DNA of 64,000 nt, from assembly GCF_964194155.1 (NCBI RefSeq), contig NC_135907.1, positions 21,142,001-21,206,000 of the forward strand. Direction: 5' to 3'. The position numbers were made by a program, and so were the translations under genes. Positions 1 to 12,599 of this stretch are shown piece after piece. The notes below the pieces were generated by a model that searched no databases, was not told where the DNA came from, and saw only the letters and a program-made list of their open reading frames with translations. Position 1 is the first letter of the stretch. The number at the start of each line of letters is the position of its first letter. Source of the DNA: Cetorhinus maximus. Lineage: Eukaryota.

Positions 1-589
1 TGGTGTTTAGGGTGCCTAGAATTCTAATCTATATAGTTTTAAGACTTTAACGACAGCTATTTCTTGTTCCATTCTCATGGGTGGGTTATGCATTTATGTA
101 GTGCCTTTCATTTCCTCAGGATGCCCTGAATTATTTCATTGTTAATGCATGCATTATTTTGAAATGCAGTAACCAATTCGTGCACAGCAAGATTCCACTA
201 ACAGCCAGCTCTCTAGCATTGGGAGGTAATAATCAAATTGTCTATTTTAGTTTGATTTGCTTGGGGGCTAAATGTTCTACACAACACTAGTGAAACCTCT
301 CTTACAAACAGTGCTGAGAAACCCTCTCTTCCCTAGGAGAAGATGAAGCCTTGGTTTAACACTTATCGGAGTGATGGGAAGAATACTATGCCTCAAACTA
401 AACTGAGGTGTTTGATATGAAAGAATGGCACATTGTCTGGTTGCTGGATGTACCTACCTCCCCCACCCACTCCCAGCCTCAGAGTTTGTTATAGGACTCT
501 AGGAATTGCCTGGGAATTTTCAACTTCCAATGGGACTCTTTGGGGTTTGAAGTCTCTAGCTCCTCAGTCAATTGGAGACTTTGAACAGT

Positions 590-3500
590 TTCTTAATCAT
601 TCATGGGATGTGGGCTTTGCTGGCTGGGGCCTGTAGGGGGTGGTGGTGTATCAGCTTCACTTGACTTCTGAGCGGTTCGAATCGCTCCCACTCCCTGGGT
701 TCTAGACCTTGGACTTATTTAGGGGTTGTGACAAAGTGCAGCAGACAACTGGTTTTGGTGCAAAAAAAAAACTGAGTTTATTGAAGTCACAAATGAACTT
801 ATAACATTAGGATTACATTGAGATGATATAGACTTACAAAGTACACTTAGTTAAGAAAGGGGAATACACTGCATAATGAGGGAAAATCACGCTACTAATC
901 CCCTTACCCTTGTCCCACCCCCAAAACCTAACTAAATTGAACTAGGAGAGGTCAGGGATGATGCTCACCAACCAGGGTTCCTTGACAGTTCGCATTCCAG
1001 CCAGGTAAGCCGGTTGCAGTTTTGGGGTACGCTGTGTGTCCTCTGGGGCCTGACGTCCCCACGTGGTCCTGGTCTGTGGAATCGGCGAAGGTTCTTCAGT
1101 TGGGTGGAGGGCGCGGTTGTGGGTGTTCGATCTTCATGGAGGGTTGCGGCCTTGTTGTCTTCAGTTGAGCCTGTCACCCTGTGCCCCTCGCCATGATGTT
1201 GCCTGCGGGCCTGCAAACCTCCAGATCTCCTTCCTCCTGCTTAAACTCTGTTTCAACTGCTCACCCTCTCCCCTTAATCCGTGAAGTGTAGATGGTGGTA
1301 AATTGCAGCTGTTAAGTTGGGTGATTTTGGTAGAGCTGACTTTGGCAGACTTGCAGTCTGTTGGAGACACTTGTTGGCTTGTCCCAGGGGATGGCATCCT
1401 GGTTCTCTCTGCCAGGTAACTGAAGAGACTGTCTTGTTTATTTTTTTAACTTGTGGTCTCTGCTAGAAAACACTTGCCTCCCGCCGCCCCCCCACCCCTC
1501 CCCCCTGCCGAGAGAGAGGGTAAGGGATCGAGATCATCTGCTTGTTTTTGCAGGGGTGACTGACTGGTATTTCTTCTTGTTTCTGTCACTCTCTTGAACT
1601 GAAAGCCATTGAATGTGTGGAGTATTGATAGGTTCGCATAATTGCATTGATTGCTGCCTTCCTGCCTTAGTAGTTAGTAGCGATTAATTATGCAAGATTT
1701 TGATGGGCTTTAGTTTTGTGTAAGATTAAGTCTTTCTCTGGGTTGATTGTTTTAAAGGGAAGAATGTGTATTCTGTCTCCTCTTGTTGTCTGGCTTCAGG
1801 TAACAATCCACACTGCACAAAACAAGCCCAGGCATGTCCAGTCCCAGGCCTTCATGGGCCTAACCTCCTGTCTGCAGGGTTCTACACTTAACTCAGTAGT
1901 TGGGTCCTCTGCCATAAAACTCCAAAAGTCATATCCTCGTTGATATGAAAAATGTGGGAATTTTGAGAACCCTTCAGGCCAGCATTTATTGCCCATCCCT
2001 AGTTGCTCTTGAGATCATAGTGAGTTGTCTTCTTGAACTGCTGCTGTCCATATGATGTAGGTATACCCAGAGCCCTATTAGGAAGGGAGTTCCAGGGTTG
2101 TGACACATTGAAGAACGGTGATATATTTCCAAGTCAGGATGGTATGTGGCTCGGAGGGGAACTTCACGTGGTGGTCCCATCTATCTGCTGACCTTGTCCT
2201 GATGGTAGTGGTCAGGGCTTTGGAAGGTGCTGTTGAAGGAGCCTCGGTGAATTCCTGCAGTGCATCTTGTAGATAATACACACTGTTGGTGGTGGAAGGA
2301 GTGAATGTTTGTGGATGTGATGCTAATGAAGTGGGCTGCTTTGTGCTGGATGGTGTCAAACTTCTTAGGTGTTGTTGGATCTGCACTCATCCAGGCAAGT
2401 GGGGAGTATTCCATCATACTCCTGACTTGTGCCTTGTAGATGGTGGACAGGCTTTGGGGAGTCAGGTTACTCACTGCATGATTCCTTGCTTCCTGACCTG
2501 CTCTTGACAGCCACAGTATTGATGTGGCTAGTCCAGTTCAGTTTCTGGTCAATCCTAACCCCCCAGGATGTTGATAGTGGTGGTTTCAGTGATGGTACTG
2601 CCATTGAACATCAAGGGTGATGGTTGGATTCTCTTTTGTTGGAGATGCTCATTACCAGACACTTGTGTACTGAGTGTTACTTGCCACTTGTGAGCTCAAG
2701 CCTGGACATTGTCCAGATCTTGCTGCATGTGGACATGGAGTGCTTCAGTATCTGAGGAGTCATGAATGGTGCTGAGCATTGTGAACATCCACACTTCTGA
2801 CCTTATGATGGAAGGAAGGCCATTGCTGAAGATGGTTAGGCTGAGGACACTATCCTGAGAAACTCCTTCTTCAGTGATGTCCTGGAGCTGAGATAACTGA
2901 CCTCCAACAACCACAACCATCTTCCTTTGTGCTAGGTATGACTCCAACCAGTCTAGGGCTCCTTGATGTCAAGGGCAGTCACTCCTGCCTCACCTTGGTG
3001 AGTTCAGCTCTTTTGCCCATATTTGAACCAAGACTGTAATGAGGTCAGGAGCTGAGTGGTTCTGGAGGAACCCAATTGGGTGTCAGTGAGCAAGTTTTTG
3101 CTAAGCAAGTACTGCTTGAAAGCACTGTTGATGACCCCTTCTATTACTATACTGATTGAGTAGACTGAGACAGTAATTGGCTGGGTTGGATTTGTCCTGC
3201 TTTTTGTGTACAGGACATAGGTTGGTAGATGCCAGTGTTGTAGCTGTACTGGAACAGCTTGGCTAGGGGCATGGCAAGCTCTGAGCACAAGTCTTCAGCA
3301 CCATTGTTGGGGCCCATAGCCTTTGCAGTATCCAGTGCCTTCAGCTGTTTCTTGGTATCTCAAGAGGAACTGAATTGGCTGAAGACTGGCATCTGATGCT
3401 GGGGGACCTCCTGGAGGAGGCCAGGATGGACTTCAGCACTTCTGGCTGAAGATTGTAGCAAATGATTCAGCCTTATCTTTAGCACTAATGTACTGGGCTC

Positions 3501-3960
3501 CCCCATCCATTGAGGATGGGGATATTTGTGGAGCCGCTGCCTCCAGTGAGTTGTTTAATTGTCCACCACCATTCAAGACTGGATGTGGCAGGACTGCAGA
3601 GCTTAGATCTGATGCACTGGTTGTGGGATTGCTTGGCTCTGTCTATCACTAGCTGCTTATGCTGTTTGGCATGCAAGTGGTCCTGTTACAGCTTCACCAG
3701 GCTGATGCCACATTTTTGAGGTATGCCTGGTGCTGCTCCTGGCATGCCCTCCTGCACTCTTCATTGAACCAGGGTTGATCCCCTGGCTTGGCAGTAATGG
3801 TAGTGAGGGATATGCCAAGCCATGAGGTTACAGATTATGTTTGAGTACAATGCTGCAATTGATGGCCCACAGTGCCTCATGGATGCCCAGTCTTGAGCTG
3901 CTAGATCAGTTCAAAACCTATCCCATTTAGCTCAGTGGTAGTGCCCCATAACATGGAGGG
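590..3960 (-). mobile_element. Degenerate non-LTR retrotransposon (CR1/L2 superfamily), interrupted by the solo LTR
   Basis: Minus-strand RT fragments such as IYKAQVRSMMEYSPLAWMSA and SYLAQRKMVVVVGGQ; many stops and frameshifts; 3' tail at 590-631 and 1977-2020. Confidence 0.8.
632..1976 (-). mobile_element. Solo LTR (about 1.35 kb) of an LTR retrotransposon or ERV
   Basis: Begins TGTAGGG, ends CCCTTCA (TG...CA, imperfect inverted termini). Flanked by a 4-bp direct repeat GGCC (628-631, 1977-1980). Splits the 3' tail of a LINE. AATAAA on the minus strand at 777-782. Confidence 0.8.
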
Positions 3961-4389
3961 TATTCTGATTGTTATTCAAGGAATGTTAGGCAGGTCCAAA
4001 AAAATCCAGTAATGTGTTTTAAATGTTCTGGAATATGGAAGCTAATGTTGTTAAAAAAAAAAATGGTTGTAGCTTCTGTGCCAATAGTGCTGCTTGTTGA
4101 CTTTTGTTGCACTGAGATAGTTATGAAGAATTCTCCATCAGGACATCACTCCATGTGGTGGTAAGTGTATTTCTGACCTGGGTCAGAAACCCCAAGTCCC
4201 TTTTAGTTTGGATCTTCTGGACTGCAATGGTTTTTTTTTTGGTGTAGAGGCTGTCAATATTTGGGATTAGTGAAATGACTTGGATATTTTGATAACCACT
4301 ATTTTTCATTTGGAAAATTGAGGTGAGGAATAATTGTGTTGGACCTAGATTCTTGTATGATTCAGCATTCAAGTTGTTTCTTTCCACAG

Positions 4390-5319
4390 TCCTTTTACTT
4401 TGACCGGGATGATGTTGCCCTGCGTCACTTTGCTGAGTTCTTCAAGGAGCAGTCACATGAGGAACGGGAACACGCTGAGAAACTGATGAAATTCCAGTGG
4501 AGGCCGGATCATCCTGCAGGACGTCAAGGTTAGATTTAATGGAATAAGAGGTTGCCCGATTAAAGCAATGCTTTTGGTTTAGTTCCACAGTTTAATGTAG
4601 TAATTCTATATTCTTGTGGTGAATTGGTTCCTGGTAACACCATCTTTAGGATGCTTCATCACCTCTGTTTTCCTTGCACTTTCCCATGTGTCTTGTTTAA
4701 CCCATTGTAAATGAACTGTGTGCCTTTCAGAAACCAGAGCAGGATGAGTGGGGCAATGGTCTGGAGGCAATGCAGAGAGCTCTGCAGATGGAGAAGAATG
4801 TGAACCAGAGTCTGCTGGATCTGCACAAGCTCTCCTCTGGGAACACTGACCCTCATGTAAGTTCCTGATGCTTTAATGTGGGCTATTGGATAAATGAACA
4901 TGGGTGATGTTACTGTCCCTTTACATCTCTACAGCCACCTGCTTTTTTTTCATTGGTGTCTCTTGGGGATGGGTGAAGGGGGAGAGGACAGATGTTGTGG
5001 CTAACCCAGGATATAATCACTTTTTAAAGAAAAATTCCCTTGATCAATTACCTTACTGATTGGCTGACTATATCCTCTTGGTCCGAAGCGATTTGAAATC
5101 CAATCTGAGGGAATTCAGTTGATACTTTGTGATGCTGGATGTAACTAGTTTCTTCCTCCTTCCAGCTGTGACTTCCTGAAGATTCACTATTTGGATGAGC
5201 AAGTGAAGATGATCAAGAAGCTTGGAGATCACATCACCAACCTGAAGAGACTGGGAGCCCCTGAGAATGGCATGGGAGTGTACCTGTTTGACAAGCTCAC
5301 CCTGGGGGAGAACAACTGA
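4390..5319 (+). pseudogene. Ferritin pseudogene F1 (exons 2-4; exon 1 not found in the window)
   Basis: Exon 2 4390-4528 has an 8-nt deletion (AATAAACG) causing a frameshift. Exon 3 4731-4856 is intact. Exon 4 5166-5319 has a 2-nt deletion at its start. AATAAA at 5423-5428. Confidence 0.9.
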
Positions 5320-5459
5320 ACAGACTTGAGCTGGCACTATTTGTATAATTGTGTATGAGACTCCATCCTGTGGACATCGATGACTTGGGCATTTGTACAA
5401 AGATCTGAGCTCTTCAATGTGAAATAAACTGGATCTTGGACGGGGTTTTGCCTCCAATC

Positions 5460-5855
5460 TTTTTTCCTTTAATGGGATGTGGGTGTCATTGGCAAGGCCA
5501 GAATTTGTTGCCCATCCCTAACTTGCCTTGAACTGAGTGGCTTACTAGGCCAGTTCAGAGAGCGGTGAAGAGGCAGCCACACTGCTGTGGATGTGGAATC
5601 ACACGTAGGCCAGACTAGGTAAGGATGACTAACTGACAGAGTTTGCTCCCTAAAAACATTAGTGAGCCACCTAGTGTTTATACTACTATTGATTTCATGG
5701 TCACCATTACTGAAACTAGCAGATTCCAGATTTCAATGACTGGATTTAAATTCCATTAACTTCTGTGGTGGGATTCTGCCCCGTTTCCCTTCAGGATTAG
5801 CCCAGGCCTCTGGATAACTAGATTGGTGACATTACTGCCACAACATCATCTCCTC
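5460..5855 (-). mobile_element. tRNA-derived SINE sharing its 3' tail with the L2/CR1-type LINE
   Basis: Matches other copies at about 24945-25215, 25765-26065, 29565-29750, 32465-32825, 50405-50770, 52885-53180, 54315-54800 and 61685-62030. Tail ...TAGGGATGGGCAA...CCCACATCCCATG is shared with the LINE. Confidence 0.7.
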
Positions 5856-6719
5856 AATTTGATTAGTTCCTTATTTCCCGATCAATGTTTGGTTTTTGTA
5901 TCAGTCTAAAATTGACACTGGGCTGTGGAAAAACTTATCAAGCGGCTCTTACCTAAGGTACTAGATATCCAGGTTAACTAGGGGAAGGCCTAACTTCTAT
6001 TCCATATAAATCTTGGACATACAACACAGCCGGTTGAAAAATGCTGTCATAAAACCATCTGCGTTTATTTCACACTTGCCCAGGGCAGTTTGACACTCGA
6101 AGCTGCCTGAGGAAGTAGGAACAGTCGCCAAAAGCTTAATCAGGAGATAGGTTTTCCGGCCTGCCCCTCAGTTAGGGAGGAAATGCCAAATGTCAGAGCC
6201 TATAGGCAGCTGAATCCAAGGATCACAAAGTATTCGCTTGCAACTAAGGTAATAATAACTGCTCCAAATTTTAAAGTGTAAATTTTTCTACTGAAAAGTG
6301 ATCATGGCGGCTTATGCTGAATTGTGATGATACAAATGAGGGTAATGATAATTAAAGGTTTTAAAATAATAATATTGGGCAATCCTTGTTTTAACATTCC
6401 AGCATGCAAATAATCAAAGATGGAGGTCTCCTGAGTTTACAGAACAAAAATGGAAGATCTACTGTATTCAAGTCCAGAGATCCTGTGTTCTCAGGTTGAG
6501 TTTATTATATTCTCAATCCATTTTACATTGTGTTTTGAGGTAAGGGATTGCCTGTCTTGTAGTCTATTCATTCTATATCTTAATGGGGAATGGTGTCCTT
6601 TCCCCTTAATTCCATCACACATTTAGTTTCCTGTGGTGTGGCAATGGGAGGTTGAGATTGAAGAGTTGAGGTGAAGTCCAGGCAGATTTTTCTGCCTCTC
6701 AGCAAGAAAAGGTATACAT

Positions 6720-9650
6720 TCAAAACACAAAAGAGCAGCAGTTGGCCATTGGGTTCCTCGAGCCTGCTGTGCCATTTAATAGGATCATGGCTGATCTGAT
6801 AGGTAGAATACAGATTTGAGATTACTATCTTGCTTACCAAGAATCTGTCCACCTCTACCTTTAAAAATATTTAAGTACTCTTCCTGAAAAGGTGATGGAA
6901 GCGGAATTCCAAAGACTCATGACCCTCTGAGGAAATTCTTTTTGCCTCATCTCTGTTTTAAATAGGTGACCCTTTATTTTTAAACAGTGACCCCCCCCCC
7001 CATTCTAGATTCTCCCACAAGAGGAAACACCCTCTTCACAACCACCCTGTCCAGACCCCTCCAGGATCAATCAAGTCCTCTTACTCTTCTAAACTCCAGT
7101 GGATACAAGCCTAGCCTGTCCAACCTTTCCTCACAAGGCAACCTGCCTGTTCCAGCTGTTAGTCTGGTAAACCTTCTGAGCTTCCAATGCATAAGGTGAC
7201 CAATACTGTACACGGTGCTCAGATGTGGTCTCACTAGTGCTCTGTATAATTGAAGCATAACCTCCCTACTTTTGTAATCAATTCCCCTTGCAATAAATGA
7301 TAACATTCCATTAGCTTTCCTAAATTACTTGCTGGACCTGCATACCAACCTTTTGCAATTCATGCACTAAGACACCCAGATCCCTCCACCTCAGAGCTCT
7401 GCAATATCTCACCATTTAGAGAAGTACAGAACATCCAGCGGTTCCTCTTTATCCACAGCACATGTCACTTCCTCAAAGAACTCCAATAAATTGGGTAAAC
7501 ATTTCCCTTTCACAAAACCATGTTGACTCTGCCAGATTACCTTGAACTTATACAAGTGCCCTGCTACACCTTCTTTCATAACAGCTAGCATTTTCCCAAC
7601 AGATGTTAAGCCAACTGGCCTGTAGTTTCCCACTCTTTGTCATCTCTTTTTGTATACTGAAGTTACATTTGCTAGCTTCCAATCTAATGGGACCTTCCCC
7701 GAATCTAGGGAGTTTCAGGAAATTAAAGCCAATGCGTCAACTATCTCGCTAGTCACTTCTCTTAAGACCCTAGGATGAAGTCCATCAGGACCTGGACTCT
7801 TGTCAGCTCACAGCTCCAACAATTTACTCAGTACCACTTCTCTAGTGATTGTAATTTTCCTGAGTTCCTCCTTACCTTCCATTTCCTGATTTACAGCTGC
7901 CTCTGGGATGTTACTTGTATCCTCTATGGTAAAGACTGATGCAAAATTCATCTGCCATTTCCTTGTTTTCCATTATCAATTCTCCAGACTCACTTTCTAT
8001 AGGACCAATGTTCACTTTGTTAACTTGTTTCTATTTAAAATATTTATAGAAACTCTGACGATCTGTTTTTATATTTCTGGCTAGCTTTCTCTCATACTCT
8101 TTTTTTTTTCCCTTATTAATCTTTTAGTCATTAGCTGTTCCTTATATCCTGTCCAATCTTCTGGCCTTCCACCTACCTTTGCACAATTATATACTTTTCC
8201 TTTAAGTTTGATGCTATCTTTAACTACTCTAGTTAACCACAGATGGTGTGTCTGTCCCTTGGACTTTTTCTTACTCGTTAGAATGTATCTATTCTGGTTA
8301 CCCTGAAATTATCCCCTTAAATGTTTGCCACTGCAGCTCTATTGACCTATCTCTTAACTTAATTTGCCAATTCACTTTAGCCAGCTCTGCTTTCATGCCT
8401 ACATAATTGCTCTTATTTAAGTTTAAAAACATAGTCTTGGACCCACTCCTATCTCCCTCAAACTGAGTGTAAAATTCAATCATATGATGGTTGCTGTTAC
8501 CTGAGATCATGAATTACACAATACCAGGCTGAGAACAGCCTGCTCTCTGGTTGGCTCCAGAACACACTGTTCTAAGGAACCATCCTGAAAACATTCTATG
8601 AACTCCTCATCTAGGCTACCTTTGCCCATCTGACTTTTCCAGTCTAAATGTAAATTAAAATCTCCCATGATTATTGTCCTGCCTTTCTAACAAACTCCCA
8701 TTATTTCTTCCTTTATGCTTCATCCTACCATGTGGTTATTATTAGGGGGTCTGTACACAACTCCCACAAGTGACTTCTTGCCTTTACCATTTCTCATCTC
8801 TAACCAAACCATTTCCACATCCTGGTTTCCTGAACTTAGGTCATCCTGTCTATTGTGCTAAAACCATTATTAACTAACAGAGCCATCCCTCCACCTTTTC
8901 CTCGCTTCCTTCCTTCCTAAATGTTCTATATCCTTTAATATTCAGGTCCTAGTCCGTGACTTCCTGTAGCCATGTCTCCGCAATGGCTATCAAATCGTGC
9001 TTATTTTTTCTATGTGCGCTCTCAGTTTATCTGTTTTGTTTCGAATGCTGTGTGCTTTCAAATACAGAGCCTTTAATTTAATCCTTTTATTCTTTTTCTA
9101 ATCTCTGGTCTGTTCTGTTGGTTTATTGTTAGATTTGTACTCTCCGCCCCTTCCTGTCACGGTCTGTTTTTCTTTTCTACCTTCAATAATACCTTTCTCT
9201 CTTGCCTTGTCTCTACTCTCTGGTGTACCACATCTTCCCAAATTTGTACTCGTGCCCCCACTACTTAGTTTAAAACCCTCTCTATTTCCCTAGTTATGCG
9301 GTTTGCAAGAACACCGGTCCCAACACGATTCAGGTGTAGAACATCCCAACGGTAATGATCCCAGTTTACCCAGTATCGGTGCCAGTGCCTCCCGAACTGG
9401 AACCCACTTCTCCCTCACCAGTCTTTGAGCCACACGTTCACCTCTCTAATCTGATTTGTCCAATGCCAATTTGCATGTGGCTCAGGTAATAATCCAGAGA
9501 TTATTACCTTTGAGGTTCTGCTTCTTAATTTTGTGCCAAGCTCCTTGTACCAACTCTGCAGAACCTCCTCCTTTGTCCTGCCTATGTCATTGGTACCAAC
9601 TGGACCACATCGACTGGGTCACGCTCCTCCCACTCAGAGTTGCTTTGGTA
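6720..9650 (-). mobile_element. CR1 LINE, degenerate
   Basis: RT and endonuclease fragments (GNYRPVGLTSVGK, QHGFVKGKCLPNLLEFFEEVT, LYRALVRPHL) with a CR1-type 3' end near 6720. Confidence 0.85.
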
Positions 9651-10524
9651 CTATAGGATTGGTTTCCATGCTCATTTCTGAACGCTTTTGAGCTTGTTCA
9701 CCATCCTCATTGTCAAGTCCAGCATTCCAGAGCAGTGCTGGACATTCAACCAGGGGAAATGGTGAGCAAAGAAAGCCCAATTGACTGTTCAGTCCAGCCT
9801 TCAACTTCCTCAACATGGGGCATTGAAGGGAACTGGGACCGGGGGATAGGATAATCCACAGCAAGTGCCCTATTTAATTATTTATTTATTAATTATTACT
9901 TAATTAATTGGGCACTTATGTGGGTGATAATGGGGGTTCCTTGTTGGGAGAGGGTTCAGCTTTGTCCTGAAAACCTGTCTCCAGACTCCTCTCTGAAAAA
10001 CTGAGTAATGTTTTGAAGATGGAGCAACTTCTGTCAAAATTCACTCCAGTAAAAGATAACCATTCTGGAAGGAGTTACTTACTTTGTGTAATTAATGAAA
10101 TACTACATTAATGCCAAAGAAGTTACATACTTTTCCTTGAAGGGGGAGGGGTGGGGGGGCGGCAGCAATGCTCTCCTCCTCACTGTTGCCCCCACCCCCC
10201 TCCCCCGAGCTGTTCTGTTAATTTATAAGCCCAATACCAGCAGCTCCTCTGTTAATGTATCAATTTGTATTTAGCCCCATGGCGCTTTTCACTGAACAGC
10301 ATTCATCCTTTCCAAAACCGATTGGATCTCCGGTTCTTTCGTTCACCCCTATGAATGGGTTCAAACTCTGATGCAGCAACTGGAATTATGCAACGTTTAC
10401 AAGTTAATTTCAGCAACTTAATAGAGAATTACATTAAAATTAGTCATTCAGCATCAATGTCTTTGAGGGATTCAAAGGTTTCTGGTTACTTTTGATTTTT
10501 GCTATTGTGTGATAATTCATCAAT

Positions 10525-10790
10525 AAGAATACAAGACCACGGGAAGTAGGAGCTGGAGTAGACAATGCAGCCTGTCGCACATGCTCCGCCATTCACTGCG
10601 ATCATGACAGATCTTGGGCTTCAACTCCACTTTCCAACGCGCTGGATTCCGTAAGAGACAAAAACTCTGTCTATCCCAGCCTTAAATATATTCAACAATG
10701 GAGCCTCAACAAGCCTTCGGGTTGGAGAATTCCAAAGATTCACAACCATTTCAGTGAAGTAATTTCTCTTCGATTCTGTCCTAAATAGCA
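10525..10790 (-). mobile_element. CR1 3'-end fragment
   Basis: Similar to the 3' ends of the other CR1 copies; absent from the paralogous spacer near 42.5 kb. Confidence 0.6.
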
Positions 10791-11269
10791 AAGGACACTG
10801 TAGCCTTTGTACCCATCACCAACCATGCTCCCTACAGGTTGTGATACTGAATTCAAAGAGTTTCCCGTGGAAAGGATCAATCAATAATTCCCTCGGAACC
10901 AGTAACCACAAACCTTCATCAAAGTCTCTAGCTGATTATTTGATGTGATGTCCATCAGGTTGGACAAAGCCCTTTGTGCCCAAAGGACATTCACTGCATC
11001 TTGGATTCGTTTTGACCAGAACAGATGTAAACACCCGGATACGTTTCCTGTTCAGGTGGATTAACTGTGCACATCGGTGGCGTCTCTCCTGAGAGGCTCA
11101 TGCCTGTAGCGTGATTGGTGGCTCCCGATGTAAATCACTGTCACCTCCATCAGACCCATCTAAACCAGAGTTTAAATCCAAGGAAAAAAAATCTCATCAC
11201 CTAATCCAGGACTGATCCACTTCCATAATGAAACCAGATGTCAACACATGGGATCTTAGAGAAACCATA

Positions 11270-11535
11270 ACATGGGGGGAATGATCCAGAGGGAGAGATG
11301 TGGAGAATTCTTTTTAAGCAGCAAGTTGTTACAGTCTGGAATGCACTGTCTGAAAGGATGGTGGGAACAGATTCAATAATAACTTTGAATACAGAATTGG
11401 ATCTATACATGAAAGGGAAAAAATTGTAGGGCTATTGGGAAAGAGAAGGGGGAGTGGCACTAATTAGATAGCTGTCACAAAGAGCTAGCACGGATGGGAA
11501 GAATGGCCCCCTCCTGTGCTGTTTGAATCTATGAT
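11270..11535 (+). mobile_element. CR1 3'-end fragment
   Basis: CTGGAATGCACTGTCTGAAAGGATGGTGG...GAATGGCCCCCTCCTGTGCTG, typical of the CR1 tails in this window. Confidence 0.6.
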
Positions 11536-12019
11536 GAGCCAGAATGTTAGACAACATTTGAATCACGTCATTTTTATCAAAATCAAATAAACTTCAGCCA
11601 CTTTGAAAGTTGACCATTAAAGGACACATACAACATAGGCAGGAAAAGACCAGCTGCTCCATCAAACTTGCCCCAAAACACACTGCAGCAAATGGAGACG
11701 TGTCTGTGGGTGACACTGGATTCAGTGATGTTCACTCCCTCTCACTCTCACATTTCCATTTCTCTGTCCAATGGTTGCTTTGAAAATTCCCTCACGACGA
11801 CTTGATTGCTTTGAATATTGTATCAGCTTCACCTTTCCTGGCAAATAACAAACTTGTCCAGATTATGAAAAGCCACTTCAGCAAAAGTAACAAATTATCA
11901 TTAAATTCAAATCAGAGCGTTAAACAACGAGACATTTTCACATTTGAAGAAGGTCAAGGAACCCAAAAGCAGTGACATCATCAATACAAATCTCCCCAAA
12001 CCTGCCTGTATTCCAAAGC

Positions 12020-12180
12020 TCTGATTGGCTCTGGGTCTCACTCCCTCCCCCACAAACCCTCTCCTCTGTTAGCTGGTGCCAGGGTTCATGGTAGATTCCT
12101 GACTGGCTATCGGGAATTGTCAATCATCATTGGTGATGTCATTCCCTGTTTGAAGACAGGATGTTCCAGCAGTATAAATA
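12020..12180 (+). promoter_or_regulatory. Class I ferritin promoter (CCAAT box, TGATGTCA ATF/CRE-like site, TATAAATA)
   Basis: GATTGGCT near 12023, TGATGTCA near 12134, TATAAATA at 12173-12180, about 65 nt upstream of the ATG. The same module precedes F3, F4, F5, F7, F8, F9 and F12. Confidence 0.75.
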
Positions 12181-12193
12181 CAAGAGCTTGTGA

Positions 12194-12376
<183 letters not shown>

Positions 12377-12599
12377 TGAAAAGTTGGAATTTCTCCAGTT
12401 TAATAAAGTGACTTTATAAACTCTATTTCTTTCCACTTTCTCTGGGGTGAAAGTATCATTGAGCAGTGAGTGCTTCCAGTGTGTAATACAGGGTGATGTG
12501 GAGTCAATGGACTGCTCCTTGTAGTAGCTGCTCTCCATTGAGAGGTTTAATAGATGAAACTAGTTCAGCTGCTCCCTGAGTTTGTAACTGATGAGCACA

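Noticed and set aside
5068-5457. Recurrent ORFs antisense to ferritin exons (GELVKQV...QEVT and [16 protein letters not shown] types)
   Set aside because: Shadow frames of conserved ferritin exons with no consistent start, stop or splice structure.
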